A stretch of DNA of 64,000 bases, from positions 128,001 to 192,000 of the forward strand of contig CAWAIK010000003.1 of assembly GCA_963782115.1 (NCBI GenBank). The letters are read 5' to 3'. Position 1 is the first letter of the stretch. Every line of letters starts with the position of its first letter. The DNA comes from an uncultured Verrucomicrobiae bacterium (GTDB lineage: Bacteria > Verrucomicrobiota > Verrucomicrobiia > Chthoniobacterales > JAFAMB01). Position numbers and translations under genes: made by a program. Under the pieces are notes generated by a model. It saw only the letters and a program-made list of their open reading frames with translations, was not told where the DNA came from and searched no databases. This document shows positions 31,740 to 41,629 of this stretch, piece by piece.

Positions 31740-32201
31740 ATGCTTTTTATCTTATTCCAAATCCGACGGGACCGTTACGCGTTGTCCGCCCGCAGCATCA
31801 TTGAGGTCCTTCCGCTGATGAACTTGAAAAGGGTTCCCTGCGCGCCGGTCGGGGTGGCTGGAGTATTAAACTATCGCGGTGCCCCGGTGCCGGTAATCGA
31901 TCTAAACGAAATGATGCTTGGGGAACCCGCAGCGCGGCGCCTGAGCACGCGCATCATTTTGGTAACGTACCCTCTCGACGTTAAGCAACCGCGTGCGCTC
32001 GGGCTGATTGCTGAGCACGCAACGAATATGATTCAGCGGTCCATCCAAGATTTTATTGAAACGGGTGTTGAGTCTGACGATGCGCGTTATCTCGGCAGGG
32101 TGACCAATGACACTGAGGGATTAATCCAGTGGATCGAAGTCGAACGTTTACTCACACCTGAAGTTCGTCATGTGCTCTTTCGTGAACTTGTTCGAAGCTA
32201 A
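31740..32201 (+). CDS. wspB: CheW-like coupling protein (WspB-like)
   Basis: MLFILFQI..DRYAL...IIEVLP...VAGVLNYRGAPVPVIDL...RLSTRIILV. Confidence 0.85.
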   Translation: MLFILFQIRRDRYALSARSIIEVLPLMNLKRVPCAPVGVAGVLNYRGAPVPVIDLNEMMLGEPAARRLSTRIILVTYPLDVKQPRALGLIAEHATNMIQRSIQDFIETGVESDDARYLGRVTNDTEGLIQWIEVERLLTPEVRHVLFRELVRS

Positions 32202-33442
32202 TGTCACTCCCACAAATTATTGCACTGCTCCGCGAGACCGTCGGTCTCGATGTTGCTTCCGTAGGGGTCGGCCTGATCGAACGTGCTGTCAAACGGCGTG
32301 TCGACGCGAATGAGCTTCGAGATATTTCGCAATATGCTGATCTCATCCAGCGCTCCGAAGGGGAATTGCAAAATCTATTCGAAGCAGTCGTGGTTCCAGA
32401 AACCTTTTTCTTTCGATATCCTGAATCATTCGTCGCCCTACGACAGATCGTCAAACAACAATTTCTCTCTGGAACCCAAAAGATGCGCGTGCTGAGCGTT
32501 CCCTGCTCGACCGGTGAGGAGCCTTATTCGATCGCCATGACATTGCTCGACGCGGGACTTTCTTTGGAGAAATTTCATATTGATGCGGTCGACATCAACG
32601 CGCATTCGCTTGATATCGCAAAGCTCGGCATGTTCGGGAGAAATTCATTCCGAGGACATGAACTTCAATATCGCAATCAATATTTCCAAACGACCGATGC
32701 CGGTTTTCGAATATGCGATCACGTCCGCCATTGCGTGAAGTTTGAGCAAGGAAACATCCTCGAAGAACGTTTTCGATTCGATGGCGACCCGTACGATTTT
32801 ATCTTCTGCCGGAACCTGCTGATCTATTTTTATACTGAAGCGCAAGATCAGGCGCTCAAAAGCTTAAGGCAGCTTTTGGCTGCGGACGGACTCTTGTTTG
32901 TCGGAGCGGCCGAAACAGGCCTACTGACTCAACGCTGTTTATCATCTGTGAAATTCCCTATGGCGTTTGCTTTTCGCAAGCAGAAGTCGGTTCCTTCCGA
33001 TTCACTGCCTGAACTGAAGCAACCGAAAATTTGGTCGCCTGCGAGGGGATGCCGAACGGAAGCCTATCGCAAACCGCCCTTAGCAATTCCTAAGAAAACC
33101 GGGCCCGAAACAGCGACTCACGAAGAGAGTTTGGTGCGTGATTTGGCTCTCGCCGAACTATTGGCCGATAAAGGCCAGTTAGGAGAAGCGTCAGAGATCT
33201 GCGAAATCTCTTTGCGCGAGCAGGGCCCATCAGCACGCGCTTTTCATTTGCTGGGCTTGATCTGCGATTCCTCGGGAGATCAGCACCAGGCGAGTGAGTT
33301 TTATCGCAAGGCACTTTATCTCGAGCCTGATCACTATGACGTGCTGATACACCTCGCTCTGCTAAAGGATAAAAGCGGGGATGGCGCGGCGGCCAAGGTG
33401 TTGAAAAACCGTGCTTGTCGTATCCTGGAACGAACCAAATGA
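32201..33442 (+). CDS. wspC: CheR methyltransferase with C-terminal TPR (WspC-like)
   Basis: VVVPETFFFR, SVPCSTGEEPYSIAM, IFCRNLLIYF; TPR FYRKALYLEPDH. Confidence 0.9.
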   Translation: MSLPQIIALLRETVGLDVASVGVGLIERAVKRRVDANELRDISQYADLIQRSEGELQNLFEAVVVPETFFFRYPESFVALRQIVKQQFLSGTQKMRVLSVPCSTGEEPYSIAMTLLDAGLSLEKFHIDAVDINAHSLDIAKLGMFGRNSFRGHELQYRNQYFQTTDAGFRICDHVRHCVKFEQGNILEERFRFDGDPYDFIFCRNLLIYFYTEAQDQALKSLRQLLAADGLLFVGAAETGLLTQRCLSSVKFPMAFAFRKQKSVPSDSLPELKQPKIWSPARGCRTEAYRKPPLAIPKKTGPETATHEESLVRDLALAELLADKGQLGEASEICEISLREQGPSARAFHLLGLICDSSGDQHQASEFYRKALYLEPDHYDVLIHLALLKDKSGDGAAAKVLKNRACRILERTK

Positions 33443-34143
33443 AAACGGATCTGCCAAAACCCTATTTGGAATCCATGAGTTCCATCAAGCTCAACGATTG
33501 TTGGAACAAGATCGGCGTCTGGGGCAATCGCACCTGCGGCGAGCTGAAGAAAGTGATCCATTGTCGCAACTGCATTGTCTATACATCGGCAGCTGCACAG
33601 CTCCTTGGTGCAGAACTGCCAGAGGACTATCTGGGACGTTGGACCACTCATTTCGCGACCGAGCCAAAGGTCGACAGCCGGCAGCTGCAAGCTGCGCTGA
33701 TATTCCGAATCGGTGCCGAGTGGCTGGCCATGTCGCCAACCAATTTACAAGAGATAGCTGAAGGTCGCCCAATCCACTCCGTGCCACGAGGACGAAGTAA
33801 CACTCTTCTGGGCTTGGCCAATATACGCGGGGAATTACTGGTTTGTTTAGCACTCGATCGAGTGCTCGGTTTAGAAAAAACAGGATCAGAAAAGTCGACC
33901 TCTAAGCGAGCGATTTATCGCCGAATGGTCGTAGCTGGTTGCCACGGTTCGCGGTTTGTTTTTCCCGTGGAGGAAGTGCATGGCATCCATTGGTTTAATC
34001 CGAATGAGTTAAAAGAGGTTCCGTCCACGGTAACAAAGGCACAAACAGCTTACTTCAGAGGCATACTCATTTGGCAGAATAAAAGCGTTGGCTGTCTCGA
34101 TGATAAGTTGCTCTTCAATATGCTAAATGAAAGTCTGAAGTGA
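33439..34143 (+). CDS. wspD: CheW-like protein with Cys-rich N-terminus (WspD-like)
   Basis: DCWNKIGVWGNRTC.EL...IHCRNC motif typical of WspD, plus a CheW domain. Confidence 0.88.
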   Translation: MKTDLPKPYLESMSSIKLNDCWNKIGVWGNRTCGELKKVIHCRNCIVYTSAAAQLLGAELPEDYLGRWTTHFATEPKVDSRQLQAALIFRIGAEWLAMSPTNLQEIAEGRPIHSVPRGRSNTLLGLANIRGELLVCLALDRVLGLEKTGSEKSTSKRAIYRRMVVAGCHGSRFVFPVEEVHGIHWFNPNELKEVPSTVTKAQTAYFRGILIWQNKSVGCLDDKLLFNMLNESLK

Positions 34144-36446
34144 GCGCAAAAGATCCAAATGATCTGAGTAAGTTTTCCCTGGTCGAACTTTTCCGGCTGG
34201 AAGTGGAAAACCAGACTGTTGTCTTTACGGAGAACATGCTGGCGCTTGAGCAAAATCCAACGGATGCATTGAGGCTTGGGGCCCTGATGCGCGCGGCGCA
34301 TTCGCTGAAAGGGGCCGCGAAGATGGTTGACCTCGACGCCGCGGTGAGGGTGGCGCATGCGTTGGAGGATGTGTTTGTCGCCGCGCAAGAAGGATCTCTG
34401 ATGTTGCTGCCCGAACATGTCGACATACTTTTGCGTGGCGTGGATTTGCTACATCAAATCGCCCAAGCGCCAGAAGCTAAAATCGAAACAGAGAGAGCTG
34501 AGCGCGCTGATGAGGTGCAACAGTTTCTCCGGGATCTGGCAAAAGTGCGAGTGGCAGACGCGTCCGAGGCGGTAAAAAAGATTGTGGATTCGCCCCAAGC
34601 GAAGGAAAGAAACGTTTTTGATTCTGTGGACACCACCTTCCAGGCTGAGGCAGCGATTGCTACCCCTGCAAAGGACCTTGACGATGCGAAACGTAAACAT
34701 CAGCGATTTTTGCGCGTAACCCCGGAAAATTTAAATCGACTTCTCGCGCTGACCGGGGAATCGCTGGTGGAATCCCGTCGATTGGTGCCTTTTTCACAGT
34801 CGTTGCTGCGTCTCAAGCGGGAGCATAACGAATTGGCCCAAATACTCGATCGAGTTCGTGAGTCGCTTAGCTCAGAAAAATTTAACGAGCACGCCGAAGC
34901 TCAAGTTGCTCAAGCGCGGGTTCAATTGGTGCGCTGTCGAGAGGATTTGTCAAAGCGGCTGCTTGAATTGGAAGAATTCCATAGGCGCTCGGCCAATCTT
35001 TCACATCGCCTCTATGACGAGGCCTTGGCTTGCCGAATGAGACCCTTTGCTGACGGCATTCAGGGCTTTCCGCGAATGGTGCGCGATTTGGCGCGAGACC
35101 TGAGAAAACAGGTAAGGCTTGAAATACAAGGCCCGAGCACCTATGTCGATCGCGACATTCTGGAAAAGCTTGAAGCACCGCTGACACATCTTTTACGCAA
35201 CGCTATAGATCACGGGATTGAGCTACCCGAGGAGCGCCGGGCGGCAGCTAAAATCGGCGAGGGTACTATTCGGTTGGAGGCCCAACACAGTGCCGGCAAC
35301 CTTTTGATTACAGTTTCAGACGATGGCTGTGGAATCGATCTGGCGAATTTGCGAAATCGGATCGTCCAAAAGAAACTAACGACTCCTGAGGCGGCCGAAC
35401 AGATGAGTGAAAGCGAAATATTAGAATTTCTCCTTCTGCCCGGCTTCACGACGAAGCAGAAAGTAACAGAGATTTCCGGTCGCGGAGTCGGCTTGGATGC
35501 AGTTCAGGCTATCGTGAGGGAAGTACGCGGCGCCATCCGCATCTGGACGGAGTTCGGTCGCGGAACAACCTTCCAGATGCGGCTACCCTTGACACTCTCT
35601 ATCGTGAGAGCTTTGCTCGTTGAGATTCGAAGCCAGCCCTACGCGTTTCCACTGGTGCACATTAACCGAGCACTTAAAGTGGCAAAAAAGGATATAGAGG
35701 TTGTGGCTGGCCGCCAGAATTTTTGTTTCGAAGACCGGCAGATAGGCCTTATCGCAGCTAACCAGATTTTTGGAGGCACCGGAGACAGTCCCCTGGGCGA
35801 GCTGGTTTCGGTTGTTGTCATCGGCAGCAAGGCAAATTGTTACGGCGTCGTCACCGAGAAATTTCTTGGTGAACGCGAACTGGTAATAAAGCCATTGGAT
35901 CCGCGGCTGGGAAAGATCAAAGATATCAGTGCGGGGGCGCTTCTGGATGATGGTTCACCGGTTTTGATCGTGGACGTAGAGGATCTGATTCGCTCCGTCG
36001 AAAAATCTATCGAAGCCGGAACTCTGGCCGGAGTGCAAGGTGGACCCAATGAAGTGACGCTAAAAAAGCCCAAGCGTGTGTTGGTTGTGGATGATTCGCT
36101 AACAGTACGGGAACTGGAGAAAAAGCTTCTGCAGGCTCGAGGTTACGAAGTCGAGATTGCGGTGGATGGAATGGACGCTTGGAATGCTGCCCGAACGGGG
36201 CACTTCGACTTAGTCATAACTGATGTGGACATGCCGCGCATGGATGGAATCGAATTCGTTACGCTCCTCAAAAAGGATTCGAATTTGAAATCACTCCCGG
36301 TGATGATCGTTTCCTACAAGGATCGCGCTGAAGATCGACGGCGTGGATTAGAAGCCGGTGCGGACTATTATCTGGCAAAAGCCAGTTTCCATGACGAGGC
36401 GTTACTCCAGGCAGTTCTAAATTTAATCGGTGAGGCCGAAGAGTGA
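34140..36446 (+). CDS. wspE: CheA-like hybrid histidine kinase/response regulator (WspE-like)
   Basis: Hpt MRAAHSLKGAA, HLLRNAIDHG, GFTT...SGRGVGLD, CheW domain, C-terminal REC. Confidence 0.92.
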   Translation: MSAKDPNDLSKFSLVELFRLEVENQTVVFTENMLALEQNPTDALRLGALMRAAHSLKGAAKMVDLDAAVRVAHALEDVFVAAQEGSLMLLPEHVDILLRGVDLLHQIAQAPEAKIETERAERADEVQQFLRDLAKVRVADASEAVKKIVDSPQAKERNVFDSVDTTFQAEAAIATPAKDLDDAKRKHQRFLRVTPENLNRLLALTGESLVESRRLVPFSQSLLRLKREHNELAQILDRVRESLSSEKFNEHAEAQVAQARVQLVRCREDLSKRLLELEEFHRRSANLSHRLYDEALACRMRPFADGIQGFPRMVRDLARDLRKQVRLEIQGPSTYVDRDILEKLEAPLTHLLRNAIDHGIELPEERRAAAKIGEGTIRLEAQHSAGNLLITVSDDGCGIDLANLRNRIVQKKLTTPEAAEQMSESEILEFLLLPGFTTKQKVTEISGRGVGLDAVQAIVREVRGAIRIWTEFGRGTTFQMRLPLTLSIVRALLVEIRSQPYAFPLVHINRALKVAKKDIEVVAGRQNFCFEDRQIGLIAANQIFGGTGDSPLGELVSVVVIGSKANCYGVVTEKFLGERELVIKPLDPRLGKIKDISAGALLDDGSPVLIVDVEDLIRSVEKSIEAGTLAGVQGGPNEVTLKKPKRVLVVDDSLTVRELEKKLLQARGYEVEIAVDGMDAWNAARTGHFDLVITDVDMPRMDGIEFVTLLKKDSNLKSLPVMIVSYKDRAEDRRRGLEAGADYYLAKASFHDEALLQAVLNLIGEAEE

Positions 36447-37483
36447 GAATCGGCATCGTGAACGATTCGCCAATGGCGGCTGAATTGTTGCGCCGGCTCA
36501 TCCACACATCGAAGGAGCATCAGATTGCTTGGGTAGCACGCGATGGCGCGGAGGCCGTTAAGCTCTGTGAAAGAGATTTGCCTGAACTCGTCCTGATGGA
36601 TCTGATCATGCCATACATGGACGGCGCGGAGGCTACTCGTCGAATCATGAGTCGTACGCCCTGTCCGATCTTGATTGTCACAGCGACCGTCGGAGGAAAT
36701 GCGGCAAAGGTTTTTGAAGCATTGAGTGCAGGTGCGATAGACGCCATAGACACTCCCAAGGCCCTTGCTTCTCAAAAGACTGGCAGGGCGCTGCTGCTGA
36801 AGATCCAGGGCATCGATCGTCAGAACGCTTCTCGAGAGCATTTTGCGGACAATATCGTTTCAAAAGTTGAAAGCACGGCTAACAAGTTAATCCTGATCGG
36901 AGCTTCCGCGGGCGGTCCGGGGGCACTCGCCGAGGTTCTGTCCGCTCTTCCTGAGGATTTTTCTCCGGCGGTCGTTATTGTTCAGCATATTGACCAGTTG
37001 TTCGCGCCGGGATTGGTGGAGTGGTTAAACGGGCATTCGAAGTTACCCGTTCGTCTGGCTTGCGGAGGCGATTCTGTGAGTGCTGGCAGCGTATTGGTCG
37101 CCGGCAGCGAAGATCATCTTATTTTCAAGAATTCGCACGAACTTGGCTACACCCCCGATCCGGTAGAAAATCCGTATCGCCCTTCCGTCGATGTGTTCTT
37201 CGAGAGCGCAGCGCGTTTCTTTCGTGGCCCGATGACAGGCGTCCTTTTGACCGGAATGGGACGAGACGGTGCGCGAGGGCTAAAAACTTTACGCGATGCG
37301 GGATATCATACGATTGCGCAGGACCAAAGCACCAGCGTGGTGTATGGTATGCCGAAAGCTGCCGCCGAGCTTAATGCTGCCAGCGAAATCTTGCCATTGC
37401 AGAAAATTGGGTCGCGGCTCAGGGAACTCTTTTCTTCAAAGCAAATGCGGCACATTCCAAAAGAAGAGGCCGCTGATCGATAA
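36443..37483 (+). CDS. wspF: CheB methylesterase (WspF-like)
   Basis: MRIGIVND REC domain; GASAGGP, QHI, RPSVDVFF, LTGMGRDGA. Confidence 0.92.
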   Translation: MRIGIVNDSPMAAELLRRLIHTSKEHQIAWVARDGAEAVKLCERDLPELVLMDLIMPYMDGAEATRRIMSRTPCPILIVTATVGGNAAKVFEALSAGAIDAIDTPKALASQKTGRALLLKIQGIDRQNASREHFADNIVSKVESTANKLILIGASAGGPGALAEVLSALPEDFSPAVVIVQHIDQLFAPGLVEWLNGHSKLPVRLACGGDSVSAGSVLVAGSEDHLIFKNSHELGYTPDPVENPYRPSVDVFFESAARFFRGPMTGVLLTGMGRDGARGLKTLRDAGYHTIAQDQSTSVVYGMPKAAAELNAASEILPLQKIGSRLRELFSSKQMRHIPKEEAADR

Positions 37484-37624
37484 TGGTTCATCAACGCGAA
37501 CAAAAATTTTGGCAGGCGGCGCTCTCAATGGCCGTGCTCGTGGTTCCCAGAGGAAGATGAGCGAGGTTCATAACCGGGGAGTTCTATAATCAAAGTTTTC
37601 GAAAGCGAGGCAGAGAAGATCTTA

Positions 37625-39973
37625 GTGTTGTTGGTAGACGACCAGGCAATGGTTGCCGAAGGCGTTCGCCGCATGCTGGCCACCGATCCGGCGATCGCCT
37701 TCCACTATGTGAGCGATCCCAAACAGGCGATCGAATCAGCCACCAAGGTTGGCCCAACGGTGATCTTGCAAGATCTTGTCATGCCAGGAGTGAACGGACT
37801 TGACCTGCTAAAAGAGTACCGCAGCAACCCGCTAACTCGCGCGATTCCTGTCATTGTCCTTTCCAGCAAAGAGGACCCTGCTATCAAACAGATGGCCTTC
37901 GAATCAGGAGCCAATGATTACATGGTCAAACTACCTCACCGAATCGAAATGCTCGCGCGGATTCGTTTGCATTCCGAAGCCTACACTCACGAGTTGCAAC
38001 GTCAGCGGGCGTATCTAGCTCTAGAAACGAGTCAGCGGAAACTGACGGAGAAAAACTGCGAGTTAGAGATTCTTAACCAGAAGCTGGAGGAGGCAACTCG
38101 TTTTAAGTCGGTATTTTTCGCCAATGTGAGCCATGAGATACGCACGCCCTTGATCGGGGTCCTTGGCATGGCGGAGATCCTTTCTGACACGAGCCTCGAC
38201 ATTCATCAGCGTGAATTGGTCGATGTCATTCGAACAAGCGGGGAAACTCTTTTACACATCATCAACGATATCCTGGATCTCTCCAAGATCGAGTCCGGCA
38301 AGCTTGAATTGGAGTCAATGCCTTTTGTGCTCCGCGATGTGGTCGATCAGGTAATGGATCTATTGGCACCTATAGCGTTTGGCAAAAGGCTTGAAATCAG
38401 CGCCTGGATCGACCCTCGAATAGCAACTATCGTGGTCGGTGACATCACCAGGATCAGGCAAGTTCTGCTCAATCTTTTGAACAACGCGATTAAGTTCACG
38501 TCCAGTGGCGAAATCTACTTGTGGGTTGAGCCTTCGATGGATGTCGATAACCTTGTCCATTTCTGTGTGGAAGATACCGGACTGGGCATCCCAGCAGAAA
38601 AACTCGATCGGCTTTTTCGATCCTTCAGCCAAGTGGACCCGTCGACGAATCGACGTTTTGGCGGTACTGGTTTGGGCCTGTCGATCTGTCGCAATTTGAC
38701 AGCATTAATGGGAGGACGGATATGGGTGGAAAGCACGGTCGGTAAAGGCACCCAATTTCATTTTATCGTCTCACTTCCACCCGCAGAGCTCGGGGATACC
38801 AGCAGCAAAAGCCAGGATCTACGCGGAAGGCGGATGGTTGCGCTGGTTCAAAACGCTCGACTTATCCGACTGCTTTCCGATTGGGCGGAAGAACTTGCCT
38901 TGGAACTAATCGTCCGAACCGATCAGCCGGAATATCTCGACAACACTCAATTGGACTACTTAGTCATCGACGCCGATCAAAGCGAGATTCAGATTCCAAG
39001 GTTCAGCCCGGTGACGGTCCTTCTTTTGACTCGTCCCAAGAACATGGCCGAGTTGGTAAACCGCTATCCGGACGCGACCGTACTCTCGCTTCCGCTGAAG
39101 AAGCGCCGCTTCCTGCAGGCAGTCGGGGTCATCGCCGATGCCAAAGAGGTAAACTCCACGCCTGAGGCAGATCCGATACTCTCCGCGCTCAACATTCTGG
39201 TCGTAGATGACAACACCGTAAATCGGCGTGTTTGCATCGCGCAATTGCAAAAGCTCGGGGTCTGGACTGTTTCGGAAGCCGCAGACGGACGCCAGGCAAT
39301 CGCTGCTACCAAAAACGAGGCGTTTGACCTCGTTTTTATGGACGTCCAGATGCCGGAAATCGACGGTCTGGAGGCCACGCGCCAGATTCGCCTGTCATTA
39401 TCGAATTCTGACTCAAGACAACCGCGTATCATCGGTCTCACTGCCAATGCCTTCAGCGAAGAACGGGAAAGTTGTCTAAAAGCAGGTATGGATGATAAGC
39501 TCACCAAACCGGTGCACATTGAAGAGTTAAAAAAGGTACTGGAGGCAACCAGCAGGATAGTATCGCCTGATCGACCTTCGCCCAGATCGGGCTCTGTCTT
39601 ACCTGTGTGCGACGAGCGCCAGCTGAATGAACTTTTAAGAATGGAAGGCGGCGACGAGTTCGTGACCAAAGTTCTCCAACTCTTTATTGAGCAAGCCGAA
39701 GAGCTTGCAAGCCGGTTGCCCGAGTTGGCGGACGAACCGGAGGTCCTTGCCTCGGAGGCGCACAAATTAAAGTCCGCCGCCGGATACGTTGGTGCGAAGC
39801 GCGCGGCCTATTTCTGCGGCATCGTCGAAAGCACCGCGAAATCACCACAGTCTCAACTCCATCAGAGAACCGTCGCTGACCTAAAAGAGTCATTAAACAT
39901 CTCAGTTGATGACTATAGGAAACGAGTAAAACGCAGTCGCCGAACACACCGTCGCACTGATCCTAACTGTTAA
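37625..39973 (+). CDS. WspR-like REC fused to hybrid histidine kinase-REC-Hpt (true start possibly ATG 37557 via a G-run frameshift)
   Basis: LLVDDQAMV...PTVILQDLVMPG...GANDYMVKLP..IEMLARIRLHS; FANVSHEIRTP; NLLNNAIKFT; GGTGLGL; REC FMDVQMP; Hpt AHKLKSAA. Confidence 0.9.
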   Translation: MLLVDDQAMVAEGVRRMLATDPAIAFHYVSDPKQAIESATKVGPTVILQDLVMPGVNGLDLLKEYRSNPLTRAIPVIVLSSKEDPAIKQMAFESGANDYMVKLPHRIEMLARIRLHSEAYTHELQRQRAYLALETSQRKLTEKNCELEILNQKLEEATRFKSVFFANVSHEIRTPLIGVLGMAEILSDTSLDIHQRELVDVIRTSGETLLHIINDILDLSKIESGKLELESMPFVLRDVVDQVMDLLAPIAFGKRLEISAWIDPRIATIVVGDITRIRQVLLNLLNNAIKFTSSGEIYLWVEPSMDVDNLVHFCVEDTGLGIPAEKLDRLFRSFSQVDPSTNRRFGGTGLGLSICRNLTALMGGRIWVESTVGKGTQFHFIVSLPPAELGDTSSKSQDLRGRRMVALVQNARLIRLLSDWAEELALELIVRTDQPEYLDNTQLDYLVIDADQSEIQIPRFSPVTVLLLTRPKNMAELVNRYPDATVLSLPLKKRRFLQAVGVIADAKEVNSTPEADPILSALNILVVDDNTVNRRVCIAQLQKLGVWTVSEAADGRQAIAATKNEAFDLVFMDVQMPEIDGLEATRQIRLSLSNSDSRQPRIIGLTANAFSEERESCLKAGMDDKLTKPVHIEELKKVLEATSRIVSPDRPSPRSGSVLPVCDERQLNELLRMEGGDEFVTKVLQLFIEQAEELASRLPELADEPEVLASEAHKLKSAAGYVGAKRAAYFCGIVESTAKSPQSQLHQRTVADLKESLNISVDDYRKRVKRSRRTHRRTDPNC

Positions 39974-40338
39974 CCGAAAAATTATCGTGCTTACCGCCAA
40001 GTGCGGAAAGGCAACTTTTCTTTGGAGGGCTTGGTCGGATTCAATCTCCATGGCAAGACAGTTGGATTGATCGGCACAGGTCAAATTGGCACGGCAGTCG
40101 CAAAGATCCTCGGTCCTGGGTTTGGATGTAAACTCCTCGGTCATGATCCTGCGCCAAACCGAGACTGCCTGGATCTAGGTTTGAGGTAAGTGAGTCTCGC
40201 GGAACTCGTAGCCGACTCCGATATCGTGTCGTTGCACGCTCCGCTGGTCCCAGTCACTATTCATCTGCACAAACGACGCTCGATAATATTGTTGAATTTG
40301 CTACGACCGGAACCTGCCGGAACCAGGTGCGAGCCTGA
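39933..40338 (+). pseudogene. D-lactate/2-hydroxyacid dehydrogenase remnant (frameshift, stop, internal deletion)
   Basis: AVAEHTVALIL...VRKGNFSLEGLVGFNLHGKTVGLIGTGQIG...*VSLAELVADSDIVSLHAPL, then a jump to the C-terminus TTLDNIVEFATTGTCRNQV. Confidence 0.8.
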
Positions 40339-40510
40339 CGTCAGCGTCGCTCGGCGCAAATCACTTTCGAAGCCGCGGCCCTTAAGAGAATTTGAACAGG
40401 AGGGGCGCGGTAGCCGCTATCCGTGCCGCCCGCCCCCGAGAGATTCCTCTTCCTCGATTCCCGAGAATCTCACGGGCGCCTTGGCTTCTGAGATTTTCAG
40501 GCTCTCCAGT

Positions 40511-41629
40511 CTAGAGCGTACGTTTAAACAGCAGCGTGTTGAGTGTCAGCATAAGGGCTCCGAAACCTGCCAGGCATGCGATGTCACCAAACACCGAGCC
40601 TATGCCTGTGCCTCTTAGAAGCAAACCTCTGAAGCCATCGATAGCATAGGTAAAGGGATCGAGCCGGGTAATTGCGCGGAGCCACCAAGGCAAGGCCTCA
40701 ACGGGATAAATGGCGCCGCTCGGAAAATAAAGCAGCGTGTTCAGCACGCCGAAAATCGCACGAGGTATCAACGGGTTATTGATGCGCGCCACGATGGCGG
40801 ACATCATCGTCATGAACGCGAATGAGGTAAACACAACGAGTACGAAGAGGGGTAGAAAATGCAAAGGCTCAAATGTCGTTCCAACCCCCGCCAGCAGCGA
40901 TCCGAGCACCATCAGCGAAAGGCCGCCGGCCGAGGCTTTAAGCGTGCCGGCAACGTTCATGGCAAGAACCAATTCAAACTTCGTGATCGGTGTGACAAGA
41001 TAGGCCTCATGCACGCCGCGCGATTTGTCGTCGATATAAGCCATGCCCCCGCCGACCATTACCGAGACAAACATAGCGAGCGCGATCGCGCCCGGAAGCA
41101 TGTACTGCATGTAAGGGACATAGGGGTAAAGTTCTACCTGCTCGAGCGCGACCTGTTTAGGCAGGCGTGGTTCAACAGTCGGATTGTTAAACGACGCGAT
41201 CAGCCCGGCGACAGACTGCGAGATCGCTGAGCTGATGAAGGTATCGGTATTATCGAGCAGGAGCCCGAGGCGGGGCCGATTTTCGGAGTGTACCAGACGC
41301 GAGAATTCCGGGGGGATAATGACCGCGCCCTTGACACGGCCCGCCCGTACGTCGCGAGCTGCCTCCTGCTCGGTCTGGTAGAGAATTACCTGAAACGTCT
41401 TCGCCGTGCTTTCGACTGATTGGAGCGCCTCGCGCACCCGCCGTGCCTCCGGACCGCGATCTTCGTCGACGACCGCAAGCCGTGCGCCTTGCACCTTGCC
41501 GCCGAAGGAGTTTCCCAAAATAAGCAACTGTCCCAGGGGTAGCACCAGCGCGATAAATATGAGCGCAGGTGATCGCAGGTATTTGCGCAGCTCGCGCTCA
41601 ATAATTGCCAGGATCCGTTGCCTATTCAT
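40511..41629 (-). CDS. ABC-2 type transporter permease
   Basis: LAIIERELRKYLR, extracytoplasmic loop, YMLPGAIA, SGAIYPVEALPWWL, PFTYAIDGFR. Confidence 0.9.
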   Translation of the reverse strand: MNRQRILAIIERELRKYLRSPALIFIALVLPLGQLLILGNSFGGKVQGARLAVVDEDRGPEARRVREALQSVESTAKTFQVILYQTEQEAARDVRAGRVKGAVIIPPEFSRLVHSENRPRLGLLLDNTDTFISSAISQSVAGLIASFNNPTVEPRLPKQVALEQVELYPYVPYMQYMLPGAIALAMFVSVMVGGGMAYIDDKSRGVHEAYLVTPITKFELVLAMNVAGTLKASAGGLSLMVLGSLLAGVGTTFEPLHFLPLFVLVVFTSFAFMTMMSAIVARINNPLIPRAIFGVLNTLLYFPSGAIYPVEALPWWLRAITRLDPFTYAIDGFRGLLLRGTGIGSVFGDIACLAGFGALMLTLNTLLFKRTL

